A stretch of 64,000 nucleotides of DNA from Eledone cirrhosa (lineage: Eukaryota). Within the stretch, counting starts at the first letter, position 1; the number at the start of each line of letters is the position of its first letter. Of this stretch, positions 1 to 11,535 are shown one piece after another. Both the position numbers and the translations under genes were made by a program. The stretch spans positions 193,874,001 to 193,938,000 of the forward strand of contig OZ024740.1 in the NCBI GenBank assembly GCA_964016885.1. The letters are read 5' to 3'. The notes under the pieces are model-generated. The model was not told the origin of the DNA. It searched no databases and worked only from the letters and a program-made list of their open reading frames with translations.

Positions 1-120
1 GAAACGGCTTGAGCTCAGCCGTCGGGGTCCTACTCGTTCCTATTACCCACTCTACTACCCTAAGTATTGAGTATTTTGCTGCGTTATGGTCCACCTGGTT
101 CCTTACCACATTTCCTCCGT
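1..120 (+). mobile_element. PLE-derived mini-element family A (3' half of HHR plus long tail), cut by window edge
   Basis: Same sequence as 20009-20087, 21168-21359 and 52847-53106. Contains GAA-ACGGCT-tgagctc-AGCCGT-C (HHR stem III with GUC triplet) and ends at (TA)n. Confidence 0.75.
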
Positions 121-171
<51 letters not shown>

Positions 172-175
172 ATAC

Positions 176-214
<39 letters not shown>

Positions 215-249
215 ATATAAGATCAAAAGATGGTTAAAGGAGTTCCATA

Positions 250-320
250 TATTTTATTATGCGCATTTCAAAAACAAACATCATCAAGCAATAGTATTTG
301 TGTTTTCATCAGATAAAACA
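250..320 (-). ncRNA. Type I hammerhead ribozyme (family B)
   Basis: Reverse complement of the 437-507 motif. Confidence 0.8.
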
Positions 321-436
321 GGAGAACATGATATGAAGGCTAAAAAACACTTGTTGATAGTGCAGTTTTAAATCAACATGTTGATTTAAAACTGCACTAT
401 CAACAAGTATTTTTTAGCCTTCATATCATGTTCTCC

Positions 437-507
437 TGTTTTATCTGATGAAAACACAAATATTATTGCTTGATGATGTTTGTTTTTGAAATGCGCATAA
501 TAAAATA
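437..507 (+). ncRNA. Type I hammerhead ribozyme (family B)
   Basis: Stem I TGTTTTAT/ATAAAATA, core CTGATGA (445-451), stem II CAAATATTATT/GATGATGTTTG, GAAA, palindromic stem III ATGCGCAT, AUA triplet. Confidence 0.85.
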
Positions 508-628
508 TATTGAACTCCTTTAACCATCTTTTGATCTTATATTATGCATACTCCAGTCCCACAAACTATAGAGTGCTTCTTATCCGATATCTGCATTGCT
601 TTATTGTACTACAATAAAACTCACCTCC

Positions 629-703
<75 letters not shown>

Positions 704-721
704 GTATATATATATATATAT

Positions 722-930
722 AAATTACCGAGAATCGGATTTCGGCTAGTGGAAATTAGCGAAAAACAACCTCCGAATTGTGTGGCAAGCGTTCAATATA
801 TACGAGTGAACTAGAGCAATAAACATAAGTTAAAAGGCCATACACACTGAGACGATGGTTAAACCATTAAACGCAAAGCCGAAAAAGCGAGCAAGCTATT
901 CGAGTCAAACAAATAATAATATATGATTGA
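722..930 (-). mobile_element. Diverged 3'-terminal segment (family E) related to the PLE at 49500-53968
   Basis: Similar to 16621-16840 and to the reverse complement of 53125-53336 and 53753-53968. Starts at (TA)n. Confidence 0.65.
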
Positions 931-1119
931 AAAATATGAATGAAAAGGGAGTACCGTTCTAGACAAAACGGAGGTTATATTCGTCAAAGTGACATTATTG
1001 AAAAATTCAAAGGAACACTTTTTTTTAAAAAGGAGTTTTATAATGTATATATTAATGTTTCCGGTTTCCATGTATTGGATTAATCCATCTTATCACATGT
1101 TGAATATTGCAATTAAAAA

Positions 1120-2075
<956 letters not shown>

Positions 2076-2599
2076 TTCGTCAACACTTACCAGAATATTT
2101 CAGGTATTTCGTTCAGTAGGTCAATGGCGTTTGTGGACTGTCATTCGTGGTTTACCCGCCCATATATTGTTTGCCATAGTATTATATTTGATGTGATTTC
2201 CTCAAGATATCTCACACAGTGACCTATCAAAAGCAATCAATGTTGAGCTATCGTTTAGGTTAACGTCATACATATACACATATAAACATTCTAAATATTT
2301 GAAATCATGTGGTTAACATAATTTTATCAACAACAGAATCAGGGACTAGTTATGGGCACCAAATTCCCCAAACGCATTTTAATCTTTAGTTAGCTGTCTA
2401 CAGAGATGGTTTCTAGTTACCAAAGCACACTGTGTTGCTATCTATCACATTGATCACTACACCTTATTTCTCTTTATCTTGTTTTGTTTTTTATTTAATT
2501 ATATGGACTGGAATGGCCCCAACTTAAGTTAACCTGTGAATATGTAATTAGAAATATATATCTAATAACGAAAAACAAGCAATATTATTTGTTGTGATT

Positions 2600-2845
2600 T
2601 TAATTATCCATACATGAAATAGAGAAAATGACTAATTTAATTAGTCTTCCGTCTGAATGGCGTTTGTCGAATTCAGCGAAATATGACAAAAGTGTTAGGA
2701 CGGTATCATCAACCTGTACGATTCTGAAATTAATAGTAAATAACATTTTTGAGATATCCACTAGTTCCAACGATGCTGATGATGCCGGCTTGAAAATACC
2801 GCAATACAACAATGAAAATAGAGCAATTAAACAATGTAATTTCAT
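2600..2845 (-). CDS. Possible small secreted protein or first coding exon
   Basis: ATG at 2845 gives MKLHCLIALFSLLYCGIFKPASSA-SLELV..., which resembles a signal peptide, in non-repetitive sequence. No recognisable domain or strong splice donor. Confidence 0.2.
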   Translation of the reverse strand: MKLHCLIALFSLLYCGIFKPASSASLELVDISKMLFTINFRIVQVDDTVLTLLSYFAEFDKRHSDGRLIKLVIFSISCMDN

Positions 2846-4029
2846 GCGTAAAAAAATTCTAGTGCATTTATTTAGTGATTTTTCTGCTTCACCACCTCGA
2901 CAAACAGAATAAATTATGTGCTTCAAGAATGAGGTAGAATATAACAGCGTATCACCATAAAATTAAAACAATACTAGTTAATGGGACATATTATTTCTGT
3001 CCCATCGCATATATATTTCAGATAGTTAGTTAGAAACCCCGTTTAAAAATAATCAAATTTTTCACGCGTTAAAAATAAAAGGTAAAGGCTTGATTACATA
3101 ATCTAATAGAGGTAGTTTTCTTAATGTGCTTACATTGAGAAAAGGCGAAGATAATTCAGTTCTCACTGGTTTTGTAACAAAAGAAATTATCCAAAAACTT
3201 GAGATTACTGTTGTTAAACTTGTTTTCCTAGATCAACTTTGATACTGCAGCCTTATGATCAATGGCATTCCAGACATGATCCTGTTGTCGTTTTATTGAT
3301 AATGTGTTTCTAGTATACCTTTCATTTCGACGAAATATAGTATAATCGGGCTGATATTTCTAAGAGGTTGCACAACTGCAACGAGATGATGCTGATGATT
3401 GCCTAAATGACGTTCTCTAGCTGAACCAAGGGAGATTATAAGTTGAAATGACAGTTACGGCTGGGAGAGGTTTTTAAACTACTGATATTAACGGTCAATC
3501 TATCAGTCTAACGGTCAATCTATTCAGTGAGGGAATCAATGAATTTATCAGAAATTTGCCCTCCGATGTAAGCGATTAATAGTTAGTGTATTTAGCCTCA
3601 TGAACAGATTAAATACCCAAACAATTAATTTATTGTTTGAAATTATGAGACTTATAGCGAAAGATATAAAGTTAGATAACTAGAGAACAAGATATTGAGA
3701 GGGAGAGAGAATGAGAGTGGGAGAGAGAGAGAGATAAAGGCAGACAGACAAATCAGAAAAATAAAAGATAGACAAACAGATATGAGTATGGTAATTAGAT
3801 CGTTTTGCGGGATATGCAGTTTCTCGTTTAGGGATTCAGACAACAATCAAGCAAAGCACGAAAGAATCCTGAGATGACCGCTATTTAAGAAACCTTTATA
3901 CAATGATAGAATATTTTAGGTGAGAGAAATAGTGTTTGTGTATTTATTTATAGCAATGTCTCTCTCTCTCTCTCTCTTTCCCTCTCTCTCTCTCATTTAC
4001 TTTCTCTCTCACATATATATATATATTTA

Positions 4030-4182
4030 TTAAAATAACAGATTAAAGTTTAAGCAGCGATTATTTGCTTAAACTTTAATCTGTTATTTTAATAAATATT
4101 TGCTCTACGGTTCTTATATATTTGATATATATTTATCCTTATCGAGTTCTCTTTGGATTTTAGTCTTCAAATTTATTATTAT

Positions 4183-4187
<5 letters not shown>
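4030..4187. mobile_element. Fold-back element family C
   Basis: ATTAAAATAACAGATTAAAGTTTAAGCA and its reverse complement, then a ~95 nt tail ending TTATTATTAC(TA)n. Other copies at 20322, 21391, 37438, 38489, 39988 and 42561. Confidence 0.8.
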
Positions 4188-4230
<43 letters not shown>

Positions 4231-4237
<7 letters not shown>

Positions 4238-4620
4238 TTGGTGCTCTGGAATAGCGATATATATATGAATGTATATAGAGTGTATTTTGCAATACACTGT
4301 ATGCTTAACTAAAAGCATTTTGAAGACCTCACACTATTGTTTTAAAGTACTGACAGCTCTGTTTCTTACTCGTTGGTACTTATCAAAGCTCAGCACTCCT
4401 CCTGTTTGCTGAAAATTATGAATGTTGGATTCTTATAGAATTCCAATAATAATCAGGAACAGATTATACAGAGCGGTTGCCGGTCCAGCAAAAATTGAAA
4501 ATTAGAATTGGTGCTCTGAAATAGCGATATATATATGAATGTATATATAGTGCATTTAATTAAGCATATATATATCGCTATTTCAGAGCACCAATTCTAA
4601 TTTTCGATTTTTGCTGGACT
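4231..4620 (+). mobile_element. 270-nt ~1.2-mer tandem unit with degenerate HHR, followed by an inverted arm (retrozyme/PLE-like)
   Basis: TTAGAATTGGTGCTCTG recurs at 4232 and 4502. HHR-like CTGAAAA...hairpin...GGAAC at ~4400-4478. 4566-4620 inverts ~4483-4535. A homologous fragment lies at ~26260-26350. Confidence 0.6.
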
Positions 4621-4734
4621 AATAATTATTTAAATATAGCCAGCGTCTAAACATAACGATCTGTTTCAGTTTTAACGTTATCCTCTTTAGCATATTCATC
4701 TTGAGGTTTGAAGTTTTCTTCACTCTTCAAATAG

Positions 4735-4827
4735 AACTCGCAACATTAAGTTATTGTCTGAATATGACACTATCTCTAAACCAGATTTTGTATTTTATCT
4801 AAGGGCGTACTAAAATGTTGGTACCCT

Positions 4828-4863
<36 letters not shown>

Positions 4864-4956
4864 AGGGTACCAACATTTTAGTACGCCCTTAGATAAAATA
4901 CAAAATCTGGTTTAGAGATAGTGTCATATTCAGACAATAACTTAATGTTGCGAGTT
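4735..4956. repeat. Perfect 222-bp palindrome centred on (TA)n
   Basis: 4735-4830 is the exact reverse complement of 4861-4956, and the centre is pure TA. Confidence 0.95.
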
Positions 4957-4959
4957 TAA

Positions 4960-5446
4960 TGTTTTAGATATTAATATATAATTTAATTTAAATGTTAGTT
5001 AACCTATAAATTTAATTTAATTAAAATTCTACTACAGATGAGATTATAAAATATTGTGTAATCATAAATTGTGAAAAACTTTTAAATATTACTAATATAT
5101 ACTTTGTAAATTAATTTATAGATTAATTTTAATTTATTTAACCTTTTATTAAAATTCCTTTACAGATAAAATATAACAAAATATCGTGTATTCAATGACA
5201 GAGAAATATTTTTTAATGTTATAGACCTAATTAATGTACAAATTAGAAATATATTTATAATTTGGTTTTAATTTGGTTAACCTAAAAATTTAATTTAATT
5301 GGCTTAAAATTAAAATCCTAATACAGATGGATTGCAGAGTGTCATGTAATCATAGACTGAGATAGGTTTTAGATGTATACCTAGTTAATATATTCTTTGC
5401 AATTTTTGAAAAAATATGTATATATATATATATGTGTATGTGTATA

Positions 5447-5503
<57 letters not shown>

Positions 5504-5680
5504 ATATATATATGAATATATATGTGTGTATATAATTATTTTAATTTTTGTTTACCTATAATTATATTCTACTATAGATAAAATACAATATCTGTTTTAA
5601 TTATTATAAACCTAATTAACATATACTATAGAAATTAATATATAATTTTTAATTTAGTTAACCTATAATTAATAGTCTAC
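4960..5680. repeat. Degenerate AT-rich tandem repeat (~125-140 nt unit)
   Basis: Recurring blocks TTAACCT...ATTC(T/C)...TACAGAT... about 4-5 times, interrupted by (TA)n. Confidence 0.45.
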
Positions 5681-5976
5681 TTATATTAAAATGCATAATT
5701 TTGCCTTCTTTCTTACATTTCCTAATACTGAAACTACTATGTAAACACATATTATGATCTAAATGCAGATTAATATTCTATGTTTCTTGAAACCTATATT
5801 TACTATAATCCCCTTCCCCCCTCCCCCTATTATTCTTTGTATTTGTAAGCGTGGATGTATGTATGTATATGTAGGTAGGTATGTATGTTTAGGTGTTTGT
5901 ATGTGAGTATAAAAATACATATGTGCGCATGTAAATAAGGGTGTATGATTGTATGTATATATATATATATATATAT

Positions 5977-6396
5977 AATATAAGATCAAAAGATGGTTAA
6001 AGGAGTTCAATATATTTTATTATGCGCATTTCAAAAACAAACATCATCAAACAATAATATTTGTGTTTTCATCAGATAAAACAGGAGAACATGATATGAA
6101 GGCTAAAAAAACACTTGTTGATAGTGCAGTTTTAAATCAGTTTTAAATCAGTTTTAAACTGCACTATCAACAAGTGTTTTTTTTAGCCTTCATATCATGT
6201 TCTCCTGTTTTATCTGATGAAAACACAAATATTATTGTTTGATGATGTTTGTTTTGAAATGCGCATAATAAAATATATTGAACTCCTTTAACCATCTTTT
6301 GATCTTATATTATGCATACTCCAGTCCCACAAACTGTAGAGTGCTTCTTATCCGATATCTGCATTGCTTTATTGTACTACAATAAAACTCACCTCC

Positions 6397-6400
<4 letters not shown>
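5977..6400. mobile_element. Fold-back element family B with HHRs at 6013-6083 (-) and 6206-6275 (+)
   Basis: Same termini as 216-632. The junction carries a duplicated CAGTTTTAAAT. Confidence 0.85.
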
Positions 6401-6469
<69 letters not shown>

Positions 6470-6571
6470 TTATGTGGGTATATGTGTGTATGTATATGTA
6501 TGCGCATGTATACGTCTATGTGTATATGTGTGTATGTGTATATATGTACCTATATGTGCATGTATATGTGA

Positions 6572-6627
<56 letters not shown>

Positions 6628-6830
6628 AGTTGATGTGTGTATGTGTATATATATATATATATGTATGTATATGTATGTGTATATGTATATATATATATAT
6701 ATGTATATGTGTATATATATATATATGTATATGTATGTGTGTGCATATTTGTCTGACTGGGTGTATTAATTAATTAATTTATTTATTTCTTTTATTTTTT
6801 TATTTCTTTATTTTTATATATATGTATATG

Positions 6831-6863
<33 letters not shown>

Positions 6864-7165
6864 ATGTGTGTGTGTATGTATATGTATGTATGTATGTATG
6901 TATGTATATGTGTGTGTGTGTGTATGTGTGTATATATTTATATGTGTATATATATCTCTATTTATATATGTATATATGTGTATGTATATCCCTTTATTTA
7001 TGTATGTCTGAGTTGTGTGAGCGTGTGGTTGTGTTTGTATGTGTATACGCATACATGGATGTGTATGTATGTGTATATATGCGTATATGTATGTGTGTAT
7101 GTGTGTGTGTATATATGTATGTCTATGTATGAGTATATGTATGTATGTATGTATATGTATGCGTG

Positions 7166-7196
<31 letters not shown>

Positions 7197-7300
7197 TATA
7201 TACGTGTGTGTATATATATATATCTTTGTGTATATGTGTATGTGTACATGTGTATGTGTATGTGTGTATATATATATGTGTATATATATATATGTATATG

Positions 7301-7331
<31 letters not shown>

Positions 7332-7385
7332 GTATATATGTGTGGGTATGTATGTGTATATGTGTATATACATGAGTGTATTTAT

Positions 7386-7447
<62 letters not shown>

Positions 7448-7473
7448 ATCGATGTATATTTTATATTTTACTT

Positions 7474-7539
<66 letters not shown>

Positions 7540-7550
7540 ATATATATTTT
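6400..7550. repeat. Compound (TA)n/(TG)n/(TATG)n microsatellite field
   Basis: Read directly from sequence. Source of the YIYI/CVCV pseudo-ORFs. Confidence 0.95.
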
Positions 7551-8145
7551 CTTAATATTTTTCTTTTTTCTTTTTCTTTTTATTTCTAAATTTATAGATA
7601 CATTTATAAATAGGCAGTTTGCTGACACCAGTAAATACTGACCTCTTCCCCCTCCCCCCACCTACTTTCTGTATTTGGATCTAAATATGTGTGGCAGTGT
7701 TTATGTGCGCGCATTAATGTCCATATGCTTATGATAATAGTATATACACATATATGTGTGTGTGAGTGTGTGTGTGTATGTATGTTCGTGGTTGTGTGTT
7801 TGTTTATGCGTATATGCAAGTGTGTGTGTGAATGTATGTATATGTGTGAGTATATGAATGTGTATATATTTATTTTTATATTTATATGTTTATATGCGTA
7901 TATGTATTTTATCTGTAGATTATAAACATACAGAGACATTAGTCCTGAATTTTTGTATTTACATACATCTTTTAGGCATGCGTATGCATGTGAACATATA
8001 TTTTTATGCATATCTGTGAACGAAGTTACTTACATATATACACACACCTAACTGTATAAACTTTTTGTGTATCCATTAGTCAATTTGAACTCTGTTCCCA
8101 AACAGACCTGTAATTTTGAATTGTTGTTATTATCAATAAATATAT

Positions 8146-8299
8146 TTCATTATTTCTGAAGACGGCATATATATGAGTTGGTATGTATATTTAATTTTGA
8201 TAGTTTGTATAATTTTGTATAATTTTGTACATAGATCTGTTAAATATACATGCCAATTCTAACACATATATATCCCAGAAACGATCGTTAAATAATGAA
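8146..8299 (+). ncRNA. Hammerhead ribozyme with greatly extended stem II
   Basis: Stem I TTCATTATTT/AAATAATGAA, CTGAAGA (8156-8162), stem II ATATATATG/CATATATAT plus AGTTGGTATGTATATTTAA/TTAAATATACATGCCAATT, GAAA (8278-8281), stem III ACGATCGT, GUU triplet. Confidence 0.8.
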
Positions 8300-8353
8300 C
8301 TTTTTTTGTTTAATATAAGGAACTGTTTCATTGTTTTATTCATTATTTTTTTA

Positions 8354-8390
<37 letters not shown>

Positions 8391-8393
<3 letters not shown>

Positions 8394-8917
8394 TGTATAT
8401 ACTTTCCTTATGCATATTAACGGCTGAGCAGCCTAATTTGCTTATAGAGTGAGTTAATCGAATGAGTTAATCGTTTCATTTTTTCCGTTTATCGTTTTCG
8501 GTACCCCGGCCGATTAACTCACTCGATATGCAAATTAGGCTGCTCAGCCGTTAATATGCATAAGGAAAGTATATACTTTCAGACGTTCAATCATCTGGCA
8601 GGAAGGTATACGTTGCTGACGATAGCTAATAAGCTTGAAACTAGTACAGCGTTCCTTTGTCAGTGTTGAACAAATGAGCAACGATGGTTGCTAGACACTG
8701 TACGGCTTAATTCGGGATGTTTGTTTACAAACACACCGAGAATTATAATAAATGTTCGGTGAATACATACGTACATATATATATATGTGTGCATGTATGT
8801 ATATGTATATACATACTACTGTACGTCTGTATACATATATGTATGTACGTATACATACTTATATTTAAATAACAGCCGTACTAAGAGTGAGAATTGAAAT
8901 TTCGTTTCATTTTTTAC

Positions 8918-8922
<5 letters not shown>
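8391..8922 (+). mobile_element. PLE/retrozyme-like element family F: inverted arm plus 432-nt terminally redundant unit
   Basis: 8395-8460 inverts 8512-8577. CGTTTCATTTTTT(C/A)CGTTTAT occurs at ~8472 and ~8903. Flanked by (TA)n. Confidence 0.7.
8610..8652 (+). ncRNA. Minimal type I hammerhead ribozyme
   Basis: ACGTTG-CTGACGA-tAGCT aata AGCTt-GAA-ACTAGT-A-CAGCGT, with palindromic stem III and GUA triplet. Confidence 0.85.
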
Positions 8923-8977
<55 letters not shown>

Positions 8978-9070
8978 GCTGACTGAATACACACGTCAAG
9001 TGTTTTCTCTCTCTATTTTTCTTTTCGTTCCTGCCTCTTCTCACTCTCTATCTTTTTATTTCATTATTTC

Positions 9071-9254
9071 TGGCAGTATCGGTAGAGGGTCGGACGCCAT
9101 GCTTTGACGCATAGAGTTACGACGCTTGCCATTCTGAGTTCAAATCCCGCCGGGGTTAACTTTGCCTTTTATCCTTACGGGGTCGATCAAAATAAAGTAC
9201 CAGTAATACACTTGGGTATTAGCTCGCCTTGTGCCAAAAGTAGAAACAATTATT
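9071..9254 (+). mobile_element. tRNA-derived SINE, family 1
   Basis: A-box-like TGGCAGTATCGG, B-box GAGTTCAAATCC, central CTTTGCCTTT(T/C)ATCCTTACGGGGTCGAT...GTACCAG, and (ATT)n tail. More than 10 copies in the window. Confidence 0.85.
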
Positions 9255-9377
9255 TCATATAATTTCTCATTCTACCTTCCAATGCAGGAGTTTATTATCA
9301 AAATAATTTGATAATGATAGGCAACATATTTTCATTAGAAATATGGTGACATAAGAGTTAAGAGAATATAATACCTT

Positions 9378-9630
9378 AAAAACCATTAATCTGGACTGGA
9401 TACCTAACTATGGAATGTTACCCGATGTCCTCCCACACACACACACACAGCCGCGGCGGACAGGATGGAGAAGGAGTTCCCGCGGAGGACGGCAAGGGAG
9501 ACCCGCTGGAAAAGCCACTCCAACTCACGGGGTTCACACCTTCGGCTGGGAAGCTCAGCGCCTATGGTGGTGAGTATGGTGGTAGCCCTGGGGCCGAGGA
9601 CCTGCCAGGGGTACACCCGCAGGAGTAGTG
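9378..9630 (-). mobile_element. CRE-clade non-LTR retrotransposon 3' end
   Basis: GPRATTILTTIG...EPRELEWLFQRVSLAVLRGNSFSIL matches the C-terminal QR(L/V)SxAxxRGN motif of CRE-type elements. The 3' UTR is shared with 19518-19599. Confidence 0.75.
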
Positions 9631-9767
9631 TCCGAAAGGATAGGACATATCAATTGTTAAACTAATGTATTCGCTTGCTTTGGTGTTTCTGTTTACCTTT
9701 TGCATACATAATACATATATATTTCTGTGCATACATAATACATATATATTTCTGTGCGTGTGTATGC

Positions 9768-9813
<46 letters not shown>

Positions 9814-11535
9814 ATAGTGTGTGTGTGTTTCTGTCTTGAGTGTATATGTTTCTACAAAATAGCCGAATTTTTCGACATGTCTTATAAATCTCTCTCAATA
9901 AATTATTTTATGAATACTTTTAGCTGCAGACTTTTTAAACAACTTCCATCATATCTTTAATCATATCTCAACATTAATGCTTTATATAAATCGCAACACC
10001 GTCGTTTGTGTGACAAATATAAGAAACCCACTCTTTCTTTAAATCAGAAGCATATAAATAATTCTATGTAAATGGAAAAATAACACTATTTTCGTTGCAA
10101 AAATATGTATATCGACAGCATTCTATACAAATACAAATATATAATTACACATTCGTAAAAAATGTTATCCTTAGATTCTATCTTGATGGGCAAACACTGT
10201 GTCAAAGGTTTCGAAATATGCATTTGTAAGAAAATAATGATTAAACATATCTTACGACATGAAGCCATGCTATATTTTCAAAACATATAAAACATATGTT
10301 GATATGCTGGATGTCAATTTACCGATATCTGCTTCATCTGAAACATGATAAGGTAAACTTTTCTGAGACTTGCTTGTTTCCGATTATAGAATTTTCCGTT
10401 TTCTGAGCATAGTTATATTTGTTTACTGAATTAGACGGTTGTTCTTTTCTGTCATTGATATGGCACACAGTCCACTTTCATACTAACTCGTTTTTTGTTT
10501 TTCACCGTGCACATTTATTTATGTCATTTAGTGAAGAGTTCATGCTATTTTCTAAATATTTATATCTAGTCGTTTTCTTGAACATGTTTATGCATTGCAG
10601 AAAACATATTTCGTGTTCAAATATGAAAAAAGAAACACACAAAAAAGCGTTGCCATTCTATTTTTATTAAAAAACTTTACGCCATGTATAATCTAATGTT
10701 TCAATTCCCACTTTATGTATCAGTTTACTTCATAGCAAAAAAAAAAAAAAATACTTGTGGCTATTTATCTATATATCATTCTCTGTGTTTGACACAATAA
10801 ATATAAATAAAATATTTCTAAACTTTAATCTTTAGTTTAACTATTAAATAAATCGAACTTATCTGTAGTCTAAAGAGCAACTAACGTCTTTATAAATTTG
10901 TTTAAAAGAAAATAAAAGTTATATGAAAATTGCAAATTAGTTTATCTCAAATTCTATTTATCATAAATTTAGGAATGGCAAAAGCCTTACATTCCTAGAC
11001 GTTTCAAAGTTGAATAAAACTATCAGTTAAACTTTTTCGAATTATTTTATCGCAAGAATTCTAAGCTAAGGAAAGTTATATTTACTATATGCTTATGGTT
11101 AGTTTAGAAAATAGAATGTTGATCTTGCTGTAACTATTTATAGGATGACAGAATCGTCTGTTGTAATAAGGAATATATACTATATACCTTGTACTACGGA
11201 CGTTTTCCTCAATATTTGCGAGACAATATTTCGTCATGAAGATTAAAGAGGATGTCTGAAATTGGGGAAGTGAAGAGAGCTGGAGCATATGCAATAATAC
11301 GGTAGTAGTGTTTAGCTTAATAAATAAAGCAAATATTTGAATTAAATAGTAATTGCTATTGTGTATAAAACATGTTAATCAAGGCAATAATGATAGTAAT
11401 TATATTACAAATCTTACTAATAAAATGATTATGACTTAAAACTTCCTTTGAGTTCTGGTTCTTTCCAAATCATGCCGAGTGTCAATCTGTCACCTGATGC
11501 AATATTTGATAATACAAACATTTTACAATCAATTG

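Larger units (their letters stand above)
216..632. mobile_element. Fold-back PLE-derived element family B, (TA)n-flanked
   Basis: Near-perfect inverted repeat 216-540 centred on ACATGT (~378), plus a ~92 nt single-copy tail ending CACCTCCTACA(TA)n. Other copies at 5977-6400 and 36158-37420. Confidence 0.85.

Noticed and set aside
216-540. Fold-backs as sequencing chimeras or as MITE terminal inverted repeats
   Set aside because: Arms carry mismatches, ends are fixed and asymmetric across independent copies, and junctions vary. This fits neither random chimeras nor MITEs, although read-level confirmation is still needed.
1050-1105. HHR-like remnant on the minus strand (GAAACCGG), and a similar one at ~4648-4698 (CTAAAGA...GAAAC)
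   Set aside because: Core too mutated to count as ribozymes; at most old relics.
6310-8011. Long ORFs of [12 protein letters not shown] repeats (also at 19546-19844, 61909-62686, 63465-63858 and elsewhere)
   Set aside because: Stop-free translations of (TA)n/(TG)n microsatellites, not proteins.
9071-9150. tRNA gene suggested by A/B boxes
   Set aside because: No cloverleaf; it is the head of a multi-copy SINE.
10250-10350. Minus-strand acceptor/donor pair suggesting an exon
   Set aside because: All three frames contain stops.
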